Shown: positions 18,135 through 28,370, counted from the stretch's first letter. The stretch is 64,000 bases of DNA from an uncultured Syntrophaceae bacterium (GCA_964637025.1 CAZWTL010000007.1:5112-69111), one strand, 5' to 3'. The notes: generated by a model not told the origin, from the sequence alone. Numbers and translations: made by a program.

Positions 18135-19370
18135 TCACTTTGGTGCCGATGACACGGACGATTGCGGGCTTCGGACCAGAAAGAGAAAGAAGAGGATCAG
18201 GGCAAACGTAACCCAGCCGCAGAACTGCATCAGGAAGGCACCGCCCCAGCGTTCGATCAGCGCGCTTCCCAGAATTCCACCCAACGCCGAGGCCAGGGAC
18301 ATGCGCGCCACGGTTGTGATGCCCAGGTAGGTGGCTCGCATGGACGGATGGGCCTGCCGGTCCACGAAGTCGATGATGCCCAGCTGTGCGAGCCCGTATC
18401 CGGGTCCGTGCACCAGGGCCGCCAGCCATTTCCAGAGGAAAGGGGTGTCGCGGGTAAAGAACGAGAACAGGATCAGGCGGACGCCGCTCAAGAGCAGTCC
18501 GGAAACGATCAGCCAACGGTTTCCGAACCGGTCGATCAGATTTCTTGAAAACATCATTACCGGGATTTCGAAGATCGTCCAGGTTCCCAGGATGAATCCG
18601 ATTTCAAACGGCGTCTTCATGACGTCGTCGAAAAAGTAGCCGGTATAGGTGAACGAGGAGTTGGTCACCGTCCCGTGTAGGAAAATGAAGAGGAGAAACC
18701 ATCGGAACGCAACGTCCTTTTTCAGGTGCTGCCAGGGAATGAGGATCGGGGCGGCCGCGGGCACGGATTGGATGCCCGACCAGGAGGCGAATCCCAGCAC
18801 GGCGAAGGCCAGGGCCGCGCAATAGAAGATCAGGGGGTCGTGGCGGACGAGGCTCAACAGGAGCCCCATGAGGATCGAGGAGACGCTCCATCCGTAGGTG
18901 CCCCACAGGCGGTAGGCGCCGTAAAACTCCCGCCGCAAGTGTCGGTTGAGAAACCGCAGGGTCTCGGCGTCGATCATGGGCATGATCGGATGGAAGAAGC
19001 AGTTGAGAAAAAACAGGATGATGAAAATGTAGACGAATTTCCCGTGCAGCGTCCACCCTCGGGCAAAATCCTCGCCGGTGAGCCCGATGAAGGCTGCGGT
19101 GACCGCGACCCCCATGCAGAAAAGGGTGATCAGGTGCCTCCCCGAATGGAACTTGTCCGCCAGTATCCCGGCAGGGATGTTGGCAGCAAGGCTGACCAGG
19201 GGCATCACGAAGAAAATCAGGCCGATCAGGCCGATGGCGGGCGTGCCGTCCGCATGGACGATCACGTGTTTGTAGAAGATGCCGAAATAAGGGGAACTGA
19301 TGCCCAGACCGACATAGAACAGGAAGAAGAGCGTTTTCAGATGCACCGACTGTCTGTGGACGGGACCCAT
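18135..19370 (-). CDS. MFS transporter
   Basis: 411 aa with about 12 hydrophobic segments and an MFS-like loop motif (LADKFHSGRH). Confidence 0.8.
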   Translation of the reverse strand: MGPVHRQSVHLKTLFFLFYVGLGISSPYFGIFYKHVIVHADGTPAIGLIGLIFFVMPLVSLAANIPAGILADKFHSGRHLITLFCMGVAVTAAFIGLTGEDFARGWTLHGKFVYIFIILFFLNCFFHPIMPMIDAETLRFLNRHLRREFYGAYRLWGTYGWSVSSILMGLLLSLVRHDPLIFYCAALAFAVLGFASWSGIQSVPAAAPILIPWQHLKKDVAFRWFLLFIFLHGTVTNSSFTYTGYFFDDVMKTPFEIGFILGTWTIFEIPVMMFSRNLIDRFGNRWLIVSGLLLSGVRLILFSFFTRDTPFLWKWLAALVHGPGYGLAQLGIIDFVDRQAHPSMRATYLGITTVARMSLASALGGILGSALIERWGGAFLMQFCGWVTFALILFFLFLVRSPQSSVSSAPK

Positions 19371-19379
19371 CGGAGTGGC

Positions 19380-20219
19380 TCAGCGCGTCAGGAGTACGGG
19401 GATCGGGCTTTTCCGAATTACGGAGGAGGTCGTGGATCCGACGAGCAGTTCCTGCAGCCGGTTGTGTCCGTAGGCCCCCATCACGAGCAGCTCCACGGCC
19501 CCCTCGCGGACGAACCGGAGGATCTCCTTGCCCTCCTTGCCCGGAAGGATCAGGATGGCGCTGTCGATCTCGAAAGGTTCCAGGAAATCCTCCGCCCGCT
19601 TCGAGATTTTCTCTCCCAGTGAAGGGTCGGCGATGATCACGACGGTAAGGGGCCATGAGGCGCACTTCGACAGTTCGGCGGCAAGCTTCAGGGCCTTGTG
19701 GGCCGGGGCGCTTCCGTCATAGGCAATGGCCATGCTTTCGATTTCCCGGAAATGCTCCGGCGTGACCAGGACCGGTTTCCCTGAACGGCGCACGACGGAC
19801 TGGGCCGTTGACCCGAGGATGGCGCCGTCGTCGATGTGAAAATGTTCGCCCCTCTGGGCGAGCAGGATCCAGTCGCAGCATTTCCGGCCCTCCTCGATGA
19901 TCGTTTCGTCGATGACCCCCGTGACCTTCAGGACCTCGGGATGAATCCCCGCAGTCTCGCATTGCCTGCGGAAATCCTCGAGGATCGCGTCGGCCTTTGC
20001 CTCCAGGCCGCTTTCAATGGCGGGGAGAAACTCCTGATAGGGGGGAAGCCCGACGGAACCGGAGATATCCGTGAAGACAGGACCCCGGATCAGGCGGATA
20101 TCCACCACGTGAAGACCGGTCAATCGGGCATCCAATTTGCGTGCGAGATAGATGCCGTATGCAATGGCCGTCTTCCCGTAATCGGAGCCATCGGTGGGAA
20201 TCAGGATATTTTGAATCAT
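19380..20219 (-). CDS. tandem universal stress protein (UspA) domain protein
   Basis: 279 aa with two Usp domains, each ending in a G-x2-G-x9-GS-type motif (LLVMGAYGHNRLQELLVGSTT). Confidence 0.85.
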   Translation of the reverse strand: MIQNILIPTDGSDYGKTAIAYGIYLARKLDARLTGLHVVDIRLIRGPVFTDISGSVGLPPYQEFLPAIESGLEAKADAILEDFRRQCETAGIHPEVLKVTGVIDETIIEEGRKCCDWILLAQRGEHFHIDDGAILGSTAQSVVRRSGKPVLVTPEHFREIESMAIAYDGSAPAHKALKLAAELSKCASWPLTVVIIADPSLGEKISKRAEDFLEPFEIDSAILILPGKEGKEILRFVREGAVELLVMGAYGHNRLQELLVGSTTSSVIRKSPIPVLLTR

Positions 20220-20301
20220 GATGCCTCCTTCATGCCTGAGGGTTCACGCCGTTTCCCCTCGCCCCTCGTCCGGGACGGGGGATTCGTCCCGCGACCAGGA
20301 T

Positions 20302-20982
20302 TTAGGGGGTGTTGAAGCGCTTCAGATCCTTGAGCAGGTCCTCGACCGCCTTTTCCCGATCTCCCTGTGCACCGGAATCTTCTTCGGACGATGCATCCCT
20401 CCCGCTCATCACGCCGGAGGTTTCATTTCCCGGCGCCAGGGTCACGAATTCGCCGACCAGCTTACCGTCGTGATACAGGGCCTTCTCCCTGAGCCCCCCC
20501 TCGCGGTTATAGGCCTCGTATTCGCCGTCCCTCCGGTCGTTCCTGAAAGCGCCCCGCTCCTTGAGCTGTCCGCTTCTGTACCAAGAACGGTATTCGCCTT
20601 CCAGTTTTCCCATCCGGTAGCGTTCCTCGTCGCGCATCTGGCCATTTCGGTAGTAAAAGCGGTATATCCCGTCGAGCAGTCCGTCGATATAGGTCTCCTG
20701 CTCGCGGAGCGCCCCGTTTTCGTACCAGGAAAAATATTCTCCCTCCAGCTTGTCGTTTTTGAATCGACCCCTTTCCCGCATCTGCCCGTCCGGGTAGAAC
20801 GAGCATGCCTCGCCCTCCTTGCGGCCGTTCCGGAAACCCATGCGGACCATGACCCTGCCGTTTCCGAAGAAGGAGGTGTACTCCCCATCGATTCTGCCGC
20901 GGACGGTTATTTTCTTTTCCCGGATCCGTCCGCGGTCGTCCCGTCTGATCTCTTCCCGGGGTGCGTCGGCCAAGGCGGCCAT
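20302..20982 (-). CDS. MORN-variant repeat protein (YwqK-like)
   Basis: Trimmed to the ATG at 20982 (GGGGAGGG upstream). Repeated G-x-x-E/DGEY-x-x-Y/W-Y-x-N/SG units. Confidence 0.7.
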   Translation of the reverse strand: MAALADAPREEIRRDDRGRIREKKITVRGRIDGEYTSFFGNGRVMVRMGFRNGRKEGEACSFYPDGQMRERGRFKNDKLEGEYFSWYENGALREQETYIDGLLDGIYRFYYRNGQMRDEERYRMGKLEGEYRSWYRSGQLKERGAFRNDRRDGEYEAYNREGGLREKALYHDGKLVGEFVTLAPGNETSGVMSGRDASSEEDSGAQGDREKAVEDLLKDLKRFNTP

Positions 20983-20996
20983 CAATCGGCCCTCCC

Positions 20997-21332
20997 CTAT
21001 TCGACCCCGGCGGGGATGATGCAGATGAAACGCAGGGCGTCGCCACCCTGATTGATCAGGCAATGCTTTTCACCCCCGGGGACGAAGATGGATGTTCCTT
21101 CGCCGATGGGCGTGTCTTTGCCGTCTCGATCCCGCGCGGTGCCCCTGCCTGCAAGGACGAAAATTTCGTGTTCCCAAGGGTGGGCGTGGTGCGGGCTCGT
21201 CATGCCAGGCGCGACTTCGAAGACGCGCATGATGAAGTTGCTTGCGCCGTCGTCGGGTCCGATCAGCACCCTCTTGCTCACTCCGGGCAGCGGCGACTCG
21301 GACGGTATCTGTCTGTAATCGGCTATTTTCAT
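20997..21332 (-). CDS. cupin domain protein
   Basis: 111 aa with a cupin metal motif context (SPHHAHPWEHEIFVLAG). Confidence 0.75.
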   Translation of the reverse strand: MKIADYRQIPSESPLPGVSKRVLIGPDDGASNFIMRVFEVAPGMTSPHHAHPWEHEIFVLAGRGTARDRDGKDTPIGEGTSIFVPGGEKHCLINQGGDALRFICIIPAGVE

Positions 21333-21675
21333 GAGAGACCTCTCTGGTGTAATCGTACATGCTCACGGGTGGCCGGAGCATTATTTTTTCCATAAGCCAT
21401 TTGCCCCGGGATTTCAATCAAATTTAAGCGCTTTTTTCGGGCAGAAAGCGATCCTGACCCGGCCGCTCTCCCGCATCTCTCTGGAATCCCGGCAACCTTA
21501 CGCAGGATGATGCGTTGTCGGATCTCGAATCAATCCGGACGTTGCAGGAGCGTCAGGGAATCCAGGAAGAGGGATCTTACGGCCGCCTCCGGATTTTCCT
21601 GCACCCGGATTTGTTCACCCCGGCGGCATCCACTGACGCAAAACGGTGCGAACCTGCGACCGGCTCTTTTTTTTG

Positions 21676-21703
21676 TTGATAAATTCTCCTTTGTCGTTAT
21701 ATG
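21676..21703 (+). promoter_or_regulatory. sigma-70-type promoter candidate for tupABC
   Basis: TTGATA, a 16-nt spacer, then TATATG, preceded by a T-rich tract (21665-21675). It leaves a leader of about 73 nt. Confidence 0.35.
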
Positions 21704-21782
21704 TCTTCTTTGACAGAATGGAACCGCGGCCGAAAGCCATAGACACGGAAGTGGCGGTTTGATCATTCAAGAAAAGGAGAAA

Positions 21783-22640
21783 ATGATGAAACAGCAATGG
21801 CAGAAAATAGGGGTTGCGGCGCTGGTTGCCGGAGTCTGCCTGGCGGCCATGGCATTCACTGCCTCTGCGACGCCGGCTCAAAAGAACCTGATCCTGGCGA
21901 CGACAACGAGCACGCAGGATTCGGGACTGCTGGATGTCCTGATCCCGATCTTCGAAAAGAAGAGCGGCTATTTCGTCAAGACGATCGCGGTCGGCTCGGG
22001 GCAGGCGATGGCTATGGGACAGAAGGGAGAGGCAGACGTCCTGCTGGTCCACTCGCCCGCCGCGGAGAAGAAATTCATCGCGGATGGATTCGGAATCGAT
22101 CGTCGGATCGTGATGCACAACGACTTCATTGTCGTAGGTGATCCGTCCGATCCGGCGGCCATCAAAGGGGTCAATACCACGCCGGAGGCATTCAAGAAAA
22201 TTTCCGATGCCGGCGCCCTCTTTCTCTCCCGGGGCGACAAGTCCGGGACCCACGTCAAGGAGCTTGATGTCTGGAAGGCCGCGGGCATTGTCCCAGCGGG
22301 ACAGAAGTGGTACCAGGAAACCGGACTCGGGATGGGCCAGACCCTCAACGTCGCCAATGAAAAACGGGGATACACCCTGGCCGACCGCGGAACCTATCTC
22401 TCCCGGAAGAAGGACCTGAAACTGGATCTTCTGAAGGAAGGCGATCCGATCCTTTTGAATGTCTATCATGTGATCCAGGTGAATCCGGCCAAGTGGCCTA
22501 AGGTGAATGAGGAGGGGGCAAAGGCCTTCGCCGACTTCATGGTGTCCACCGAAACCCAGGAGATCATCAAGACCTTCGGCGTGGACAAGTTTGGGGGGGC
22601 GCTCTTCTTCCCCGACGCGGGGAAGCCGGAGTACAATTGA
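21783..22640 (+). CDS. tupA: tungstate/molybdate ABC transporter substrate-binding protein
   Basis: Trimmed to the ATG at 21783 (AAGGAGA upstream). Signal peptide and the TupA-type LATTTSTQDSGLLD motif. Confidence 0.8.
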   Translation: MMKQQWQKIGVAALVAGVCLAAMAFTASATPAQKNLILATTTSTQDSGLLDVLIPIFEKKSGYFVKTIAVGSGQAMAMGQKGEADVLLVHSPAAEKKFIADGFGIDRRIVMHNDFIVVGDPSDPAAIKGVNTTPEAFKKISDAGALFLSRGDKSGTHVKELDVWKAAGIVPAGQKWYQETGLGMGQTLNVANEKRGYTLADRGTYLSRKKDLKLDLLKEGDPILLNVYHVIQVNPAKWPKVNEEGAKAFADFMVSTETQEIIKTFGVDKFGGALFFPDAGKPEYN

Positions 22641-22720
22641 GGTTCCATGCAGGGGTTTAAAGCGGTTGCCGACAGGAGGCCGGTTCCGCAACCCATCGAC
22701 GACCGTTTCACGGACGCGAG

Positions 22721-23428
22721 GTGCAATCGATGGATCTGATCCTGGAGGGGATCCGGAAGGCCTGCCATCTGATCCTTACGCTGGACGCGGAGGTTCTGGG
22801 GATCACAGCGCTGTCCCTGAAGGTTTCGGGGACGGCGACGCTGATCAGCCTGCTCATCGGGATATCGAGCGGGACGTTTGTGGCCCTGACGCGCTTTCCG
22901 GGCAGATCATTGATCGTGAGCCTGATCAATACGGGGATGGGGCTCCCGCCCGTGGTTGTCGGTCTGTTCGTGACGATTTTCCTCTGGAGGAGCGGACCGC
23001 TCGGCTTCATGGAGATCCTTTATACGCCGACGGCGATTGTTCTTGCCCAGGCCGTCATCGCCACGCCGATTGTCACCGGCATCACGCTGGCATCCATCCA
23101 GCATCTGCCGGCGAATCTCCGTCTTCAGATTCTTGCGCTGGGCGCCACGCGTGTGCAGATGGTCTGGATGCTGGTCAAGGAGGCGCGTCTGCCGCTGCTG
23201 GCGGCCGTGATGGCCGGATTCGGCGGCGTCATATCCGAGGTCGGCGCCTCCATCATGGTCGGCGGCAACATCAAGGGATACTCGCGGGTGCTGACGACGG
23301 CCACCGTCATGGAAACCGGCAGGGGGAATTTCGACATCGCCATCGCCCTGTCGGTGATCCTGCTGCTGCTCTCCTTCGCAGTCAACGCCGTTCTCACACA
23401 GATCCAGCAGCGGGAGCGTCCCCGATGA
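22721..23428 (+). CDS. tupB: tungstate ABC transporter permease
   Basis: 235 aa polytopic protein of the ABC permease (BPD_transp_1-like) type, located between tupA and the ATPase gene. Confidence 0.8.
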   Translation: MQSMDLILEGIRKACHLILTLDAEVLGITALSLKVSGTATLISLLIGISSGTFVALTRFPGRSLIVSLINTGMGLPPVVVGLFVTIFLWRSGPLGFMEILYTPTAIVLAQAVIATPIVTGITLASIQHLPANLRLQILALGATRVQMVWMLVKEARLPLLAAVMAGFGGVISEVGASIMVGGNIKGYSRVLTTATVMETGRGNFDIAIALSVILLLLSFAVNAVLTQIQQRERPR

Positions 23429-24585
23429 ACACAGAAGCGCCTGCCGAAAACGGGATGGGGGAACGGAACCCGGCGGCGGGGAGATCCGAAAGACCCGATC
23501 GATCCCCGGAGACGCTTCTCCAGGTCAACGAACTCCTGGTGCGCCGGGGCGGGGTGACCGTACTCGATATCCCGGAGCTCCGGGTCGTTGAGGGACAGGT
23601 CCTGGTCCTGATCGGACCGAACGGGGCCGGAAAATCGACGCTGCTGCTGACGCTCGCCGGTCTGCTGAAATACGCACGGGGAAGCCTCCTGTTCAGGGGG
23701 CGCAGGGTCGATGGCGGCGGATTCGACTACCGCCGACACGTTGCCATGGTGTTTCAGGAGCCCTTGCTGTTGGACACGACCGTCTTCGAGAATGTCGCGG
23801 CGGGCCTCAAGATCCGCGGTGCGAGTCGCGGCGAGATCGAACGGACGGTTCCCGGATATCTCGATCGGTTCGGCATCGGTCATCTGGGGAAGCGTGCCGC
23901 GCGTAAGCTTTCCGGCGGAGAGGCGCAACGCACCAGCCTTGCCCGTGCGTTCGTCACGAAACCGGAGATCGTTTTTCTTGACGAACCCTTCACCTCCCTC
24001 GACCCGCCGACGCGCGAGGTCTTGACCGGAGATCTCGAGCGCATTCTGCGCGACACGCGAACAACGGCCGTGGCTTCGACGCACGACCAGACGGAAGCGC
24101 TGCGCCTGGGGGACCGGCTCGCCGTGGTCAACAGGGGCGGGATCGAGCAGATCGGACCGGCGGCCGAGGTGATGAACCGGCCTGCGAACGGCTTTGTCGC
24201 CTCTTTTGTAGGGGTGGAGACGGTTCTGCCGGGACGCGTTATCCAGGCATCGCAGGGGGGCTTTACGGCGGCGGTGGAAGGCGGCGAAATCCAGGCGGTC
24301 GGCGATGTCCAGCCCGGAGAAAACGTTCTCTGCTGCATCCGCCCCGAGCACGTCACCCTTTCCCTGGAAACGGCCGGATCCGGGACAAGCGCCCGGAATA
24401 GCCTTTCCGGAAGGGTCCGGAGGATCACGCCTCACGGCCTCTTTCACCGGATCCACATCGATTGCGGTTTCGAACTGGTCGCCTATGTTACGCGACAGTC
24501 CCTTGATGAGCTGCGGCTGCATGAGGGGATGGGCATTACCGCCTCCTTCAAGGCCACCGCAGTACATGTCATCCGCCGCTGTTGA
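23425..24585 (+). CDS. tupC: ABC transporter ATP-binding protein with C-terminal TOBE-like domain
   Basis: Real start at ATG 23425 (ATGA overlap with the tupB stop). Walker A GPNGAGKST, signature LSGGEAQR, Walker B FLDEP. The upstream part of the 692-aa ORF is an artefact. Confidence 0.85.
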   Translation: MNTEAPAENGMGERNPAAGRSERPDRSPETLLQVNELLVRRGGVTVLDIPELRVVEGQVLVLIGPNGAGKSTLLLTLAGLLKYARGSLLFRGRRVDGGGFDYRRHVAMVFQEPLLLDTTVFENVAAGLKIRGASRGEIERTVPGYLDRFGIGHLGKRAARKLSGGEAQRTSLARAFVTKPEIVFLDEPFTSLDPPTREVLTGDLERILRDTRTTAVASTHDQTEALRLGDRLAVVNRGGIEQIGPAAEVMNRPANGFVASFVGVETVLPGRVIQASQGGFTAAVEGGEIQAVGDVQPGENVLCCIRPEHVTLSLETAGSGTSARNSLSGRVRRITPHGLFHRIHIDCGFELVAYVTRQSLDELRLHEGMGITASFKATAVHVIRRC

Positions 24586-24920
24586 CCCGGACCAAACGGC
24601 CCCCCTGAAGAGACCCATATTCAAGACCGACCGACAGGGAAAAATGTGCTATCATAGCGAGGACGACCTTTCGGAACGTACAAGACCGTCCGTATGATGT
24701 TTCACGCCAGGTATCCGTTTCACGCGGATGTCGGGCCGACGAAGTCCATTTTCCGTTATACGGCTGGAGAGGGCCATGCGCGCCGGACGCAGGATCCGTA
24801 CAGGGGGCAGTATACGCTGCCGCTATTCCTTTTCCCGGGCTATGGAACGGTGAGCCCGGTACGACCGGGTTCTGTGAAGGGAACAGGCCGGAATCCGTTT
24901 CGGATGCAGGGAGGTGAAGC

Positions 24921-25517
24921 ATGACGCAAAAGGCGGCCGGAAGGGCTGGAAAGAGGGTGATGGTGCTGCTGGGGAGTCCGCGGCGGAAGGGCAACAGCGC
25001 GATCCTGGCCGCCCGGATCGCGAAAGGGGCCAGATCGGCGGGGGCGAAGGTGGAAACGGTCTACCTGCACGGGCTGAACATTTCGCCCTGCAGATCCTGT
25101 TATGCCTGCCAAAAGGGGCGAAGCAGGGGCTGCGCCATCCAGGATCACATGCAACCCCTTTATGCCAAGCTCGTTGAGGCGGACGCCTGGGTGATCGCGA
25201 GCCCCGTCTATTGGTTCACCCTGTCCGCCCAGATGAAGATCTTCATGGACCGCTGCTTCGCGCTGCCGGCCTACGGCAGGGAGCCGTTTGCCGGAAAGCG
25301 GATCGCCGTTGCGATGAGCTACGGGGGCGAGGATCCCTTCGATTCGGGCTGCGTCAATGCGCTCCGCACCTTTCAGGATGCATTCCGCTACACCGGATCG
25401 GAGGTTGTCGGGATGGTCTACGGGAGCGCCTTCAGGGCCGGGGAGATCCGGAGGAACGAGTCCTTGCTGAAAGCGGCGGAGGGTCTGGGGAAGGAGCTGG
25501 TATGCGCAAAGACGTGA
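24921..25517 (+). CDS. NADPH-dependent FMN reductase / iron-sulfur flavoprotein-like
   Basis: 198 aa. Flavodoxin-like GSPRRKGNS motif and a CRSCYAC cysteine cluster. Confidence 0.75.
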   Translation: MTQKAAGRAGKRVMVLLGSPRRKGNSAILAARIAKGARSAGAKVETVYLHGLNISPCRSCYACQKGRSRGCAIQDHMQPLYAKLVEADAWVIASPVYWFTLSAQMKIFMDRCFALPAYGREPFAGKRIAVAMSYGGEDPFDSGCVNALRTFQDAFRYTGSEVVGMVYGSAFRAGEIRRNESLLKAAEGLGKELVCAKT

Positions 25518-26455
25518 TACCCATCGGATGGGTTGCGGAGGGAACGGAGGCGGGTCCGGAAAAACCGGGACCGATCCGTCCGAAGGGCGCCGTTGCCCGA
25601 TGGCCGTTCATCCTGCTCGTCGTCGTTGGAGCGCTTTTCATCGGTTACCGATATGTGGCGGATTCGGACCTCTACCGGGCGGCCGAAACGTTTGTCCGCC
25701 AGCATGAGGAAATCGGGAACGCCATCGGAGAGGTTCGGAATTGCCGCCTCTGGTTTCCCCTGAAGGCGGATTTCCCGAACAGCGTCCTGCGGATCCATCT
25801 GACCCTGAGGGTGGAGGGGGCGAAGGCCGACACGATGGCCCATGTCACGCTGCTGCGGGAGGGGGAAAAATGGCGCGTGGTGGCCGCATCCTATGAGGAT
25901 CCCCAGGGAAAAACCCGGCCCCTCCTGACGGCGGCAAAATCGGTTGCGGCCAAAGGTGGGGCAAGGCCGGCTGCCGGGCCGGCCGGCCCGCAGGCTGAAG
26001 ACGGCCCCGAGGGCGAGGAGGTGAAAAGGGGGCACCAGGCGTTCGGCGAGAAGCAATACGGTCAGGCGGCGGCCGCGTATGACCGGGCCGTCCAGATCGC
26101 ACCGGATAGCTACGTTGCCCACTACTGGCGGGGACGAGCCTTCGCGGAACAGGGTGTCGACCACAGGGCCCTCGTCGATTTTCAGAAAGCCGTTGAACTT
26201 CGGCCGGACGATGTTTACGCCTGGCGGTGGCTGGGTCACCTCCAGGCGAAAACCGGACGATACGACGACTGCGTCGCATCGCTGACGAGGGCGATCGGCA
26301 TACAGGCCAACGACGCCTGGAGTTTATACAATCGGGGAAGATGCCATTTCCACCAGGGCGACAAGGCAAAGGCCCTGGCGGATGCCGAACGGTCCTGCAG
26401 CCTCGGGCTGAAGGACGGCTGCCGGATCGCCGCTCAGATCAGGGCAGGGAAGTAG
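25502..26455 (+). CDS. membrane-anchored TPR repeat protein
   Basis: Start at ATG 25502, overlapping the upstream gene end. One TM segment (WPFILLVVVGALFIGY) and C-terminal TPR repeats. Confidence 0.65.
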   Translation: MRKDVIPIGWVAEGTEAGPEKPGPIRPKGAVARWPFILLVVVGALFIGYRYVADSDLYRAAETFVRQHEEIGNAIGEVRNCRLWFPLKADFPNSVLRIHLTLRVEGAKADTMAHVTLLREGEKWRVVAASYEDPQGKTRPLLTAAKSVAAKGGARPAAGPAGPQAEDGPEGEEVKRGHQAFGEKQYGQAAAAYDRAVQIAPDSYVAHYWRGRAFAEQGVDHRALVDFQKAVELRPDDVYAWRWLGHLQAKTGRYDDCVASLTRAIGIQANDAWSLYNRGRCHFHQGDKAKALADAERSCSLGLKDGCRIAAQIRAGK

Positions 26456-28241
26456 CGTGCTCGTACATTCCGGCGATCAGGTCCCGGTATTTCTCGTTGA
26501 TGGCCTTTCTTCTGAGTTTCATGGTCGGTGTGATCTCGCCTCCCGCCTGGGTGAAGGGGCAGGGGAGGAGCCGGAACCTCTTGACCGTTTCGTAGCGGGC
26601 GAGTTCCCGGGTGCTTTCCCGGATCCGTTCTTCGTAGAACTGGACGATCTTCGGATGCTGAATCAGTTCTTCTCGTGAGGCAAAGGGAATGCCGTTCTTC
26701 CGGGCGTACTCCTCAAGCGGATCGAACGCCGGCACGATCAGGGCGGTTACGTAAGGCCGAAGGTCGCCGATGACGGAAACCTGATCGATGTAATAATCGT
26801 TGCCGATCAAGGTTTCAACGACCTGCGGGGCGATGTATTTCCCGACGGACGTCTTCATCAGGTCCTTGATCCGGTCGGTGATCGTCAGGAAGCCGTCCTC
26901 GATGAATCCCACATCCCCTGTTCGGAACCATCCGTCCGGGGTAAAGGCCTCGGCGGTCGCCTCCGGCTTCTTGTAGTAACCCTTCGTGACCGTACCCCCT
27001 TTAACCTGGATCTCGCTCTCCTCGCCGATCCGGACCTCCACCCCGGGAATCGGTTTCCCGACGGTGCCGGGCCGGAAATGGTATTTTTCGTGGCATGTCA
27101 CGGTGGCGCAGGTCTCGGTCAGACCGTAGCCGTAGGTGATGGTGATGCCGGCGGCGTGGAAGAACTCCTCGATCTTCTTGGAAAGAGGCGCGCCCGCGCA
27201 GGGGAAGAAACGGATGCGGCCGCCGACGATCGCCTGGATCTTCTTCAGAACCAGGACCTCGGCGATCCTGTGCTTGATCTTCAGGAGAGACGGGACCGAT
27301 TCCTCCTCCTTGCGCAGCAGGAACACCTGTCCACCCACCTGAAGCGCCCAGCGGAAAAGCCTTTTCTTCAAGGCTGAAGCCTGGTCCAGCTTCTCGAAGA
27401 CCGTGGCAAAGATTTTCTCGTAGAAGCGCGGCACGGCGCACATGATCGTCGGCCTCACCTGACGCAGGTATTCGATGATCCGGGCGGTGTTGTCGCAGCA
27501 GGCGACGACCATTCCCTGGCTCATGGCAAAAAAGGTCCAGGCCCGTTCGAAGATGTGGGAAAGCGGCAGAAAGCACATGGAGATGTCCCGGTCGCTGACA
27601 TCCAGCCGTTTTTTGTGGGCAATGAACGCATGGCTGAAATTTTCATGGTGGAGCATGACCCCTTTGGGCTCCCCGGTTGTGCCCGAGGTGTAGATCAGGG
27701 TCGCCAGATCTTCCATGGAGGCCCTGCCGAGTCTCTCGTCGATGGCGGCTTCTCCGCCGGCCTGCCGCCCTTCCTCCAGAAATTCCCTGAAACGGACGGC
27801 GTTTCTCTGGCCGGCCAGGTCGACGCTCTCGTCGAAGACCACGATCCGGCGGAGTTCGTCGCCGCCGCCGGGCATGGCGCGGAGATTGTCGTATTGTTCC
27901 TGTCCGCCGACGAAGAGGATGCCGATCTCCGCTTCGTGGAGGATGTATGCGACCTGTTTGGGGGTGTTGGTGGCATAGATCGGGACGGAGACGCCCCTAA
28001 GCGCGAGGATCGCATAGTCGGAGACGAGCCATTCCGGGCAGTTCTGTGAAAAGATGCCCACCTTTTCGCCTTCCCGGACTCCCATCGCCAGCATTCCCTG
28101 GGCCGCGGCCCGAATCTGTTCGCCCAATTTCTTCCAGGATATGTCGCACCAGAGGCCGTTTTGGGGATACCGGACGGCGGTGCGGTCTCCGTACCGTTGG
28201 ATCTGCTCGAAGAGCGACTTGATGATGTGAAAATCGTTCAT
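26439..28241 (-). CDS. fadD: long-chain fatty acid--CoA ligase (AMP-dependent synthetase)
   Basis: 600 aa. AMP-binding motifs LIYTSGTTGEPKGV, YGLTE and GWFRTGD. Confidence 0.9.
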   Translation of the reverse strand: MNDFHIIKSLFEQIQRYGDRTAVRYPQNGLWCDISWKKLGEQIRAAAQGMLAMGVREGEKVGIFSQNCPEWLVSDYAILALRGVSVPIYATNTPKQVAYILHEAEIGILFVGGQEQYDNLRAMPGGGDELRRIVVFDESVDLAGQRNAVRFREFLEEGRQAGGEAAIDERLGRASMEDLATLIYTSGTTGEPKGVMLHHENFSHAFIAHKKRLDVSDRDISMCFLPLSHIFERAWTFFAMSQGMVVACCDNTARIIEYLRQVRPTIMCAVPRFYEKIFATVFEKLDQASALKKRLFRWALQVGGQVFLLRKEEESVPSLLKIKHRIAEVLVLKKIQAIVGGRIRFFPCAGAPLSKKIEEFFHAAGITITYGYGLTETCATVTCHEKYHFRPGTVGKPIPGVEVRIGEESEIQVKGGTVTKGYYKKPEATAEAFTPDGWFRTGDVGFIEDGFLTITDRIKDLMKTSVGKYIAPQVVETLIGNDYYIDQVSVIGDLRPYVTALIVPAFDPLEEYARKNGIPFASREELIQHPKIVQFYEERIRESTRELARYETVKRFRLLPCPFTQAGGEITPTMKLRRKAINEKYRDLIAGMYEHATSLP

Positions 28242-28370
28242 GGTTTCTCCTGACCAGGGGATTCCCCCTCCGGTTCCATTGAATGACGAAAGGCCTTTGC
28301 CGCGTCCGGCGCCGAAGATCGCTGAAGGCCCTGCAAGCCGATTGACCGGCCTTTACAAATAAGTGGCGGT

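Noticed and set aside
20302-21332. The MORN/YwqK-like protein plus cupin as a toxin-antitoxin pair.
   Set aside because: No toxin-like domain is present. MORN-variant repeat proteins are widespread as standalone genes. The adjacency alone gives no support.
21420-21680. A possible Moco/Tuco riboswitch with terminator upstream of tupABC (GCCGCCTCCGG segment and a T8 run).
   Set aside because: I could not reconstruct the conserved Moco motif helices, and no convincing hairpin precedes the T-run. A sigma-70-like promoter lies downstream of the T-run, so the T-run is more likely promoter-proximal AT-rich DNA. An Infernal RF01055 scan would settle it.
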